A DNA stretch of 64,000 nt from Eledone cirrhosa (lineage: Eukaryota): NCBI GenBank assembly GCA_964016885.1, contig OZ024741.1, positions 262,198,001 through 262,262,000 on the forward strand, in the 5' to 3' direction. The notes under the pieces were generated by a model. It was given only the letters and a program-made list of their open reading frames with translations. It made no database searches and was not told the origin of the DNA. The position numbers and the translations under genes are program-made. Positions 1 through 12,200 of this stretch are shown piece after piece. How positions within the stretch are numbered: position 1 is the stretch's first letter; the number at the start of each line of letters is the position of its first letter.

Positions 1-132
1 TACGAGTGTTTCGACTTACGAGTGTTCCGACTAACGAGTGTTCCGAGTTACGAGTGTTTCGGCTTACGAGTGTTTCGGCTTACGAGTGTTTCGACTTACG
101 AGTGTTTCGGCTTACGAGTGTTTCGAATTACG

Positions 133-210
133 AAAATAACAAATAGACGGGGTTTCAAATCTCTATGCTTTTCAAATTCATTACATTAATCTTTATTTAT
201 ACGTTTCGCT
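133..210. repeat. AT-rich insert, allele A (GACGGGG; left flank CGAATTACG); representative of 9 copies, all before 17.6 kb
   Basis: Read directly. Copies at 133, 2326, 4599, 6792, 8501, 10774, 13047, 15320 and 17449. Confidence 0.95.
192..201 (-). promoter_or_regulatory. Overlapping TATA-box match (TATAAATA) and AATAAA hexamer on the minus strand of each AT-rich insert; motif match only
   Basis: The minus strand reads CGTATAAATAAAGATT. TATAAATA (194-201) fits TATAWAWR, and AATAAA is at 192-197. There is no functional evidence, and such matches arise easily in AT-rich DNA. Confidence 0.2.
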
Positions 211-3200
211 TTACGAGTGTTTCGGCGTACGAGTGTTTCGACTTACGAGTGTTTTAACTTACGTGTGTTTCGGCTTATGAGTGTTTCGACTTACGAGTGT
301 TTTTACTTACGGTGTTTCGGCTTACGAGTATTTCGACATACGAGTGTTTTGACTTAAGAGTGTTTCGACTTACGAGTGTTTCGACTTACGAGTGTTTCGA
401 CTTACGAGTGTTTCGTCTTACGAGTGTTTTGACTTAAGGATGTTTCGACTTACGAGAGTTTCGATACGAGTGTTTCGACTTACGAGTGTTTTGACTTACG
501 GTGTGTCGGCTTACGAGTGTTTCGACTAACGAGTGTTTTGACTTACGGGTGTTTTGACATACGATTGTTTCGATACGAGTGTTCTGACTTACGAGTGTTC
601 TGACTTACGTGTTTTGACTTACGAGTGTTCTGACTTACGAGTGTTCCGACTTACGAGTGTTCCGACTTACGAGTGTTTCGGCTTACGAGTGTTTCCGGCT
701 TACGAGTGTTTCGACTTACGAGTGTTTTGACTTACGGTGTTTCGGCTTACGAGTGATTCGACTTACTAATGTTTTTACTTACGAGTGTTTCGGCGTACGA
801 GTGTTTTGACTTACGAGTGTTTCGACTTACGAGTGTTTTGACTTACGAATGTTTTGACTTACGGGTGTTTCGGCTTACGAGTGTTTCGACTTACGAGTGT
901 TTCGGCTTGCGAGTGTTTCGACTTACTAATGTTTTTACTTAAGAGTGTTTCGGCGTACGAGTGTTTCGACTTACGAGTGTTTCGACTTACAGGTGCTTTG
1001 ACTTAAGGGTGTTTCGACTTACGAGTGTTTCGACTTACGAGTGTTTCGACTTACGAGTGTTTCGGCTTACGAGTGTTTTGACTTAAGGATGTTTCGACTT
1101 ACGAGTGTTTCGATACGAGTGTTTCGACTTACGAGTGTTTCGACTTACGAGTGTTTCGACTTACGAATGTTCTGACTTACGAGTGCTCTGACTTACGAGT
1201 GTTCTGATTTACGAGTGTTCTGACTTACGAGTGTTCTGACTTACGAGCGTTCTGATTTACGAGTGTTCCGACTTACGAGTGTTTCGGCTTACGAGTGTTT
1301 CGACATACGAGTGTTTCGACTTAGGAGTGTTCCGACTAACGAGTGTTCCGACATACGGTGTTTCGGCTTACGAGTGATTCGACTTACGAGTGTTTTGACT
1401 TACGGGTGTTTTGACTTACGGGTGTTGTGAATTACGAGTGTTCCGATTTACGAGTGTTTTGACCTACGGTGTTTCGGCTTACGAGTGTTTTCAGCTTACG
1501 AGTGATTCGACTTACGAGTGTTTTGACTTACGGGTGTTTTGACTTACGGGTGTTGTGAATTACGAGTGTTCCGATTTACGAGTGTTTTGACTTACGGTGT
1601 TTAGGCTTACGAGTGTTTCGATTTACGAGTGTTTCGGCTTATGAGTGTTTCGACTTACGAGTGTTTTGACTTACGGGTGTTTTGACATACGAGTGTTTCG
1701 ACTGTCGAGTGTTTCGATACGAGTGTTTCGACTTACGAGTGTTCTGACTTACGAGTGTTCTGACTTACGAGTGTTCTGACTTACGAGTGTTCCGACTTAC
1801 GAGTGTTCCGACTTACGAGTGTTTCGGCTTACGAGTGTTTCGGCTTACGAGTGTTTCGACTTACGAGTGTTTCGACTTACGAGTGTTCCGACTTACGGGT
1901 GTTTCGACTTACGAGTGTTTTGGCTTACGGTGTTTCGGCTTACGAGTGTTTCGAGTTACGAGTGTTTTGACTTACGCGTGTTTTGACATACGAGTGTTTC
2001 GATACGAGTGTTCTGACTTACGAGTGTTCCGATTTACGAGTGTTTTGACTTTCGGTGTTTCGGCTTACGAGTGATTCGACTTATGAGTATTTCGACTTAC
2101 GAGTGTTTAGACTTACGAGTGTTTCGACTTACGAGTGTTCCGACTTACGAGTGTTTCGGCTTACGAGTGTTTCGGCTGACGAGTGTTTCGACATACGAGT
2201 GTTTCGACTTACGAGTGTTCCGACTAACGAGTGTTCCGACTTACGAGTGTTTCGGCTTACGAGTGTTTCTGCTTACGTGTGTTTCGACTTACGAGTGTTT
2301 CGGCTTACGAGTGTTTCGAATTACGAAAATAACAAATAGACGGGGTTTCAAATCTCTATGCTTTTCAAATTCATTACATTAATCTTTATTTATACGTTTC
2401 GCTTTACGAGTGTTTCGGCGTACGAGTGTTTCGACTTACGAGTGTTTTAACTTACGTGTGTTTCGGCTTACGAGTGTTTCGACTTACGAGTGTTTTTACT
2501 TACGGTGTTTCGGCTTACGAGTGTTTCGACATACGAGTGTTTTGACTTAAGAGTGTTTCGACTTACGAGTGTTTCGACTTACTAGTGTTTCGACTTACGA
2601 GTGTTTCGTCTTACGAGTGTTTTGACTTAAGGATGTTTCGACTTACGAGAGTTTCGATACGAGTGTTTCGACTTACGAGTGTTTTGACTTACGGTGTGTC
2701 GGCTTACGAGTGTTTCGACTTACGAGTGTTTTGACTTACGGGTGTTTTGACATACGATTGTTTCGATACGAGTGTTCTGACTTACGAGTGTTCTGACTTA
2801 CGTGTTTTGACTTACGAGTGTTCTGACTTACGAGTGTTCCGACTTACGAGTGTTCCGACTTACGAGTGTTTCGGCTTACGAGTGTTTCCGGCTTACGAGT
2901 GTTTCGACTTACGAGTGTTTTGACTTACGGTGTTTCGGCTTACGAGTGATTCGACTTACGAATGTTTTGACTTACGGGTGTTTCGGCTTGCGAGTGTTTC
3001 GACTTACGAGTGTTTCGGCTTATGAGTGTTTCGACTTACTAATGTTTTTACTTACGAGTGTTTCGGCGTACGAGTGTTTTGACTTACGAGTGTTTCGACT
3101 TACGAGTGTTTTGACTTACGAATGTTTTGACTTACGGGTGTTTCGGCTTACGAGTGTTTCGACTTACGAGTGTTTCGGCTTGCGAGTGTTTCGACTTACT

Positions 3201-6200
3201 AATGTTTTTACTTAAGAGTGTTTCGGCGTACGAGTGTTTCGACTTACGAGTGTTTCGACTTACGGGTGCTTTGACTTAAGGGTGTTTCGACTTACGAGTG
3301 TTTCGACTTACGAGTGTTTCGACTTACGAGTGTTTCGGCTTACGACTGTTTTGACTTAAGGATGTTTCGACTTACGAGTGTTTCGATACGAGTGTTTCGA
3401 CTTACGAGTTTTTTGACTTACGAGTGTTTCGACTTACGAATGTTCTGACTTACGAGTGCTCTGACTTACGAGTGTTCTGATTTACGAGTGTTCTGACTTA
3501 CGAGTGTTCTGACTTACGAGCGTTCTGATTTACGAGTGTTCCGACTTACGAGTGTTTCGGCTTACGAGTGTTTCGACATACGAGTGTTTCGACTTAGGAG
3601 TGTTCCGACTAACGAGTGTTCCGACATACGGTGTTTCGGCTTACGAGTGATTCGACTTACGAGTGTTTTGACTTACGGGTGTTTTGACTTACGGGTGTTG
3701 TGAATTACGAGTGTTCCGATTTACGAGTGTTTTGACTTACGGTGTTTCGGCTTACGAGTGTTTTCAGCTTACGAGTGATTCGACTTACGAGTGTTTTGAC
3801 TTACGGGTGTTTTGACTTACGGGTGTTGTGAATTACGAGTGTTCCGATTTACGAGTGTTTTGACTTACGGTGTTTAGGCTTACGAGTGTTTCGATTTACG
3901 AGTGTTTCGGCTTATGAGTGTTTCGACTTACGAGTGTTTTGACTTACGGGTGTTTTGACATACGAGTGTTTCGACTGACGAGTGTTTCGATACGAGTGTT
4001 TCGACTTACGAGTGTTCTGACTTACGAGTGTTCTGACTTACGAGTGTTCTGACTTACGAGTGTTCCGACTTACGAGTGTTCCGACTTACGAGTGTTTCGG
4101 CTTACGAGTGTTTCGGCTTACGAGTGTTTCGACTTACGAGTGTTTCGACTTACGAGTGTTCCGACTTACGGGTGTTTCGACTTACGAGTGTTTTGGCTTA
4201 CGGTGTTTCGGCTTACGAGTGTTTCGAGTTACGAGTGTTTTGACTTACGCGTGTTTTGACATACGAGTGTTTCGATACGAGTGTTCTGACTTACGAGTGT
4301 TCCGATTTACGAGTGTTTTGACTTTCGGTGTTTCGGCTTACGAGTGATTCGACTTATGAGTATTTCGACTTACGAGTGTTTAGACTTACGAGTGTTTCGA
4401 CTTACGAGTGTTCCGACTTACGAGTGTTTCGGCTTACGAGTGTTTCGGCTGACGAGTGTTTCGACATACGAGTGTTTCGACTTACGAGTGTTCCGACTAA
4501 CGAGTGTTCCGACTTACGAGTGTTTCGGCTTACGAGTGTTTCTGCTTACGTGTGTTTCGACTTACGAGTGTTTCGGCTTACGAGTGTTTCGAATTACGAA
4601 AATAACAAATAGACGGGGTTTCAAATCTCTATGCTTTTCAAATTCATTACATTAATCTTTATTTATACGTTTCGCTTTACGAGTGTTTCGGCGTACGAGT
4701 GTTTCGACTTACGAGTGTTTTAACTTACGTGTGTTTCGGCTTACGAGTGTTTCGACTTACGAGTGTTTTTACTTACGGTGTTTCGGCTTACGAGTGTTTC
4801 GACATACGAGTGTTTTGACTTAAGAGTGTTTCGACTTACGAGTGTTTCGACTTACTAGTGTTTCGACTTACGAGTGTTTCGTCTTACGAGTGTTTTGACT
4901 TAAGGATGTTTCGACTTACGAGAGTTTCGATACGAGTGTTTCGACTTACGAGTGTTTTGACTTACGGTGTGTCGGCTTACGAGTGTTTCGACTTACGAGT
5001 GTTTTGACTTACGGGTGTTTTGACATACGATTGTTTCGATACGAGTGTTCTGACTTACGAGTGTTCTGACTTACGTGTTTTGACTTACGAGTGTTCTGAC
5101 TTACGAGTGTTCCGACTTACGAGTGTTCCGACTTACGAGTGTTTCGGCTTACGAGTGTTTCCGGCTTACGAGTGTTTCGACTTACGAGTGTTTTGACTTA
5201 CGGTGTTTCGGCTTACGAGTGATTCGACTTACGAATGTTTTGACTTACGGGTGTTTCGGCTTGCGAGTGTTTCGACTTACGAGTGTTTCGGCTTATGAGT
5301 GTTTCGACTTACTAATGTTTTTACTTACGAGTGTTTCGGCGTACGAGTGTTTTGACTTACGAGTGTTTCGACTTACGAGTGTTTTGACTTACGAATGTTT
5401 TGACTTACGGGTGTTTCGGCTTACGAGTGTTTCGACTTACGAGTGTTTCGGCTTGCGAGTGTTTCGACTTACTAATGTTTTTACTTAAGAGTGTTTCGGC
5501 GTACGAGTGTTTCGACTTACGAGTGTTTCGACTTACGGGTGCTTTGACTTAAGGGTGTTTCGACTTACGAGTGTTTCGATACGAGTGTTTCGACTTACGA
5601 GTGTTTCGACTTACGAGTGTTTCGACTTACGAATGTTCTGACTTACGAGTGCTCTGACTTACGAGTGTTCTGATTTACGAGTGTTCTGACTTACGAGTGT
5701 TCTGACTTACGAGCGTTCTGATTTACGAGTGTTCCGACTTACGAGTGTTTCGGCTTACGAGTGTTTCGACATACGAGTGTTTCGACTTAGGAGTGTTCCG
5801 ACTAACGAGTGTTCCGACATACGGTGTTTCGGCTTACGAGTGATTCGACTTACGAGTGTTTTGACTTACGGGTGTTTTGACTTACGGGTGTTGTGAATTA
5901 CGAGTGTTCCGATTTACGAGTGTTTTGACTTACGGTGTTTCGGCTTACGAGTGTTTTCAGCTTACGAGTGATTCGACTTACGAGTGTTTTGACTTACGGG
6001 TGTTTTGACTTACGGGTGTTGTGAATTACGAGTGTTCCGATTTACGAGTGTTTTGACTTACGGTGTTTAGGCTTACGAGTGTTTCGATTTACGAGTGTTT
6101 CGGCTTATGAGTGTTTCGACTTACGAGTGTTTTGACTTACGGGTGTTTTGACATACGAGTGTTTCGACTGACGAGTGTTTCGATACGAGTGTTTCGACTT

Positions 6201-9200
6201 ACGAGTGTTCTGACTTACGAGTGTTCTGACTTACGAGTGTTCTGACTTACGAGTGTTCCGACTTACGAGTGTTCCGACTTACGAGTGTTTCGGCTTACGA
6301 GTGTTTCGGCTTACGAGTGTTTCGACTTACGAGTGTTTCGACTTACGAGTGTTCCGACTTACGGGTGTTTCGACTTACGAGTGTTTTGGCTTACGGTGTT
6401 TCGGCTTACGAGTGTTTCGAGTTACGAGTGTTTTGACTTACGCGTGTTTTGACATACGAGTGTTTCGATACGAGTGTTCTGACTTACGAGTGTTCCGATT
6501 TACGAGTGTTTTGACTTTCGGTGTTTCGGCTTACGAGTGATTCGACTTATGAGTATTTCGACTTACGAGTGTTTAGACTTACGAGTGTTTCGACTTACGA
6601 GTGTTCCGACTTACGAGTGTTTCGGCTTACGAGTGTTTCGGCTGACGAGTGTTTCGACATACGAGTGTTTCGACTTACGAGTGTTCCGACTAACGAGTGT
6701 TCCGACTTACGAGTGTTTCGGCTTACGAGTGTTTCTGCTTACGTGTGTTTCGACTTACGAGTGTTTCGGCTTACGAGTGTTTCGAATTACGAAAATAACA
6801 AATAGACGGGGTTTCAAATCTCTATGCTTTTCAAATTCATTACATTAATCTTTATTTATACGTTTCGCTTTACGAGTGTTTCGGCGTACGAGTGTTTCGA
6901 CTTACGAGTGTTTTAACTTACGTGTGTTTCGGCTTACGAGTGTTTCGACTTACGAGTGTTTTTACTTACGGTGTTTCGGCTTACGAGTGTTTCGACATAC
7001 GAGTGTTTTGACTTAAGAGTGTTTCGACTTACGAGTGTTTCGACTTACTAGTGTTTCGACTTACGAGTGTTTCGTCTTACGAGTGTTTTGACTTAAGGAT
7101 GTTTCGACTTACGAGAGTTTCGATACGAGTGTTTCGACTTACGAGTGTTTTGACTTAAGGGTGTTTCGACTTACGAGTGTTTCGACTTACGAGTGTTTCG
7201 ACTTACGAGTGTTTCGGCTTACAAGTGTTTTGACTTAAGGATGTTTCGACTTACGAGTGTTTCGATACGAATGTTTCGACTTACGAGTGTTCTGACTTAC
7301 GAGTGTTCTGATTTACGGATGTTTCGACATACGAGTGTTTCGACTTACGAGTGTTTCGACTTACGAGTGTTTTGACTTACGGGTGTTTTGACATACGAGT
7401 GTTTCGATACGAGTGTTTCGACTTACGAATGTTCTAACTTACGAGTGTTCTGACTTACGAGTGTTCTGACTTACGAGTGTTTTGACTTATGAGTGTTCTG
7501 ACTTACGAGTGTTCCGACTTACGAGTGTTCCGACTTACGAGTGTTTCGGCATACGAGTGTTTCGGCTTACGAGTGTTTCGACTTACGAGTGTTTCGACTT
7601 ACGAGTGTTCCGACTTCCGGGTGCTTCGACATACGAGTGTTTGGGCTTACGGTGTTTCGGCTTACGAGTGTTTCGAGTTACGAGTGTTTTGACTTACGCG
7701 TGTTTTGACATACGAGTTTTTCGATACGAGTGTTCTGACTTACGAGTGTTCTGACTTACGAGTGTTCTGACTTACGAGTGTTCCGACTTTACGAGTGTTT
7801 CGGCTCACGAGTGTTTCGGCTTACGAGTGTTTCGACTTACGAAAATAACAAATAGACGCGGTTTCAAATCTCTATGCTTTTCAAATTCATTACATTAATC
7901 TTTATTTATACGTTTCGCTTTACGAGTGTTTCGACATACGAGTGTTTCGACTTACGAATGTTTGTGCTTACGAGTGTTTCGGCTTACGAGTGTTCCGACT
8001 TACGAGTGTTCCGACTTACGAGTGTTTCGGCTTACGAGTGTTTCCGGCTTACGAGTGTTTCGACTTACGGGTGTTTCGACTTACGAGTGTTTTGACTTAC
8101 GGTGTTTCGGCTTACGAGTGTTTTCAGCTTACGAGTGATTCGACTTACGAGTGTTTTGACTTACGGGTGTTTTGAGTTACGGGTGTTGTGAATTACGAGT
8201 GTTCAGATTTACGAGTGTTTTGACTTTCGGTGTTTCGGCTTACGAGTGATTCGACTTATGAGTATTTCGACTTACGAGTGTTTAGACTTACGAGTGTTTC
8301 GACTTACGAGTGTTCCGACTTACGAGTGTTTCGGCTTACGAGTGTTTCGGCTGACGAGTGTTTCGACATACGAGTGTTTCGACTTACGAGTGTTCCGACT
8401 AACGAGTGTTCCGACTTACGAGTGTTTCGGCTTACGAGTGTTTCGGCTTACGAGTGTTTCGACTTACGAGTGTTTCGGCTTACGAGTGTTTCGAATTACG
8501 AAAATAACAAATAGACGGGGTTTCAAATCTCTATGCTTTTCAAATTCATTACATTAATCTTTATTTATACGTTTCGCTTTACGAGTGTTTCGGCGTACGA
8601 GTGTTTCGACTTACGAGTGTTTTAACTTACGTGTGTTTCGGCTTATGAGTGTTTCGACTTACGAGTGTTTTTACTTACGGTGTTTCGGCTTACGAGTATT
8701 TCGACATACGAGTGTTTTGACTTAAGAGTGTTTCGACTTACGAGTGTTTCGACTTACGAGTGTTTCGACTTACGAGTGTTTCGTCTTACGAGTGTTTTGA
8801 CTTAAGGATGTTTCGACTTACGAGAGTTTCGATACGAGTGTTTCGACTTACGAGTGTTTTGACTTACGGTGTGTCGGCTTACGAGTGTTTCGACTTACGA
8901 GTGTTTTGACTTACGGGTGTTTTGACATACGATTGTTTCGATACGAGTGTTCTGACTTACGAGTGTTCTGACTTACGTGTTTTGACTTACGAGTGTTCTG
9001 ACTTACGAGTGTTCCGACTTACGAGTGTTCCGACTTACGAGTGTTTCGGCTTACGAGTGTTTCCGGCTTACGAGTGTTTCGACTTACGAGTGTTTTGACT
9101 TACGGTGTTTCGGCTTACGAGTGATTCGACTTACGAATGTTTTGACTTACGGGTGTTTCGGCTTGCGAGTGTTTCGACTTACGAGTGTTTCGGCTTATGA

Positions 9201-12200
9201 GTGTTTCGACTTACTAATGTTTTTACTTACGAGTGTTTCGGCGTACGAGTGTTTTGACTTACGAGTGTTTCGACTTACGAGTGTTTTGACTTACGAATGT
9301 TTTGACTTACGGGTGTTTCGGCTTACGAGTGTTTCGACTTACGAGTGTTTCGGCTTGCGAGTGTTTCGACTTACTAATGTTTTTACTTAAGAGTGTTTCG
9401 GCGTACGAGTGTTTCGACTTACGAGTGTTTCGACTTACAGGTGCTTTGACTTAAGGGTGTTTCGACTTACGAGTGTTTCGACTTACGAGTGTTTCGACTT
9501 ACGAGTGTTTCGGCTTACGAGTGTTTTGACTTAAGGATGTTTCGACTTACGAGTGTTTCGATACGAGTGTTTCGACTTACGAGTGTTTCGACTTACGAGT
9601 GTTTCGACTTACGAATGTTCTGACTTACGAGTGCTCTGACTTACGAGTGTTCTGATTTACGAGTGTTCTGACTTACGAGTGTTCTGACTTACGAGCGTTC
9701 TGATTTACGAGTGTTCCGACTTACGAGTGTTTCGGCTTACGAGTGTTTCGACATACGAGTGTTTCGACTTAGGAGTGTTCCGACTAACGAGTGTTCCGAC
9801 ATACGGTGTTTCGGCTTACGAGTGATTCGACTTACGAGTGTTTTGACTTACGGGTGTTTTGACTTACGGGTGTTGTGAATTACGAGTGTTCCGATTTACG
9901 AGTGTTTTGACCTACGGTGTTTCGGCTTACGAGTGTTTTCAGCTTACGAGTGATTCGACTTACGAGTGTTTTGACTTACGGGTGTTTTGACTTACGGGTG
10001 TTGTGAATTACGAGTGTTCCGATTTACGAGTGTTTTGACTTACGGTGTTTAGGCTTACGAGTGTTTCGATTTACGAGTGTTTCGGCTTATGAGTGTTTCG
10101 ACTTACGAGTGTTTTGACTTACGGGTGTTTTGACATACGAGTGTTTCGACTGACGAGTGTTTCGATACGAGTGTTTCGACTTACGAGTGTTCTGACTTAC
10201 GAGTGTTCTGACTTACGAGTGTTCTGACTTACGAGTGTTCCGACTTACGAGTGTTCCGACTTACGAGTGTTTCGGCTTACGAGTGTTTCGGCTTACGAGT
10301 GTTTCGACTTACGAGTGTTTCGACTTACGAGTGTTCCGACTTACGGGTGTTTCGACTTACGAGTGTTTTGGCTTACGGTGTTTCGGCTTACGAGTGTTTC
10401 GAGTTACGAGTGTTTTGACTTACGCGTGTTTTGACATACGAGTGTTTCGATACGAGTGTTCTGACTTACGAGTGTTCCGATTTACGAGTGTTTTGACTTT
10501 CGGTGTTTCGGCTTACGAGTGATTCGACTTATGAGTATTTCGACTTACGAGTGTTTAGACTTACGAGTGTTTCGACTTACGAGTGTTCCGACTTACGAGT
10601 GTTTCGGCTTACGAGTGTTTCGGCTGACGAGTGTTTCGACATACGAGTGTTTCGACTTACGAGTGTTCCGACTAACGAGTGTTCCGACTTACGAGTGTTT
10701 CGGCTTACGAGTGTTTCTGCTTACGTGTGTTTCGACTTACGAGTGTTTCGGCTTACGAGTGTTTCGAATTACGAAAATAACAAATAGACGGGGTTTCAAA
10801 TCTCTATGCTTTTCAAATTCATTACATTAATCTTTATTTATACGTTTCGCTTTACGAGTGTTTCGGCGTACGAGTGTTTCGACTTACGAGTGTTTTAACT
10901 TACGTGTGTTTCGGCTTACGAGTGTTTCGACTTACGAGTGTTTTTACTTACGGTGTTTCGGCTTACGAGTGTTTCGACATACGAGTGTTTTGACTTAAGA
11001 GTGTTTCGACTTACGAGTGTTTCGACTTACTAGTGTTTCGACTTACGAGTGTTTCGTCTTACGAGTGTTTTGACTTAAGGATGTTTCGACTTACGAGAGT
11101 TTCGATACGAGTGTTTCGACTTACGAGTGTTTTGACTTACGGTGTGTCGGCTTACGAGTGTTTCGACTTACGAGTGTTTTGACTTACGGGTGTTTTGACA
11201 TACGATTGTTTCGATACGAGTGTTCTGACTTACGAGTGTTCTGACTTACGTGTTTTGACTTACGAGTGTTCTGACTTACGAGTGTTCCGACTTACGAGTG
11301 TTCCGACTTACGAGTGTTTCGGCTTACGAGTGTTTCCGGCTTACGAGTGTTTCGACTTACGAGTGTTTTGACTTACGGTGTTTCGGCTTACGAGTGATTC
11401 GACTTACGAATGTTTTGACTTACGGGTGTTTCGGCTTGCGAGTGTTTCGACTTACGAGTGTTTCGGCTTATGAGTGTTTCGACTTACTAATGTTTTTACT
11501 TACGAGTGTTTCGGCGTACGAGTGTTTTGACTTACGAGTGTTTCGACTTACGAGTGTTTTGACTTACGAATGTTTTGACTTACGGGTGTTTCGGCTTACG
11601 AGTGTTTCGACTTACGAGTGTTTCGGCTTGCGAGTGTTTCGACTTACTAATGTTTTTACTTAAGAGTGTTTCGGCGTACGAGTGTTTCGACTTACGAGTG
11701 TTTCGACTTACGGGTGCTTTGACTTAAGGGTGTTTCGACTTACGAGTGTTTCGACTTACGAGTGTTTCGACTTACGAGTGTTTCGGCTTACGACTGTTTT
11801 GACTTAAGGATGTTTCGACTTACGAGTGTTTCGATACGAGTGTTTCGACTTACGAGTGTTTCGACTTACGAGTGTTTCGACTTACGAATGTTCTGACTTA
11901 CGAGTGCTCTGACTTACGAGTGTTCTGATTTACGAGTGTTCTGACTTACGAGTGTTCTGACTTACGAGCGTTCTGATTTACGAGTGTTCCGACTTACGAG
12001 TGTTTCGGCTTACGAGTGTTTCGACATACGAGTGTTTCGACTTAGGAGTGTTCCGACTAACGAGTGTTCCGACATACGGTGTTTCGGCTTACGAGTGATT
12101 CGACTTACGAGTGTTTTGACTTACGGGTGTTTTGACTTACGGGTGTTGTGAATTACGAGTGTTCCGATTTACGAGTGTTTTGACCTACGGTGTTTCGGCT

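Noticed and set aside
133-210. tRNA, snRNA or other structured ncRNA in the insert
   Set aside because: The length is tRNA-like, but there is no cloverleaf, no clear A/B boxes, and only 5-6-bp AT-rich complementarities.
3239-3267. CENP-B box resemblance in the variant TTCGACTTACGGG
   Set aside because: The CENP-B box needs TTCG-N4-A-N2-CGGG. Here CGGG follows the A directly, two bases short.
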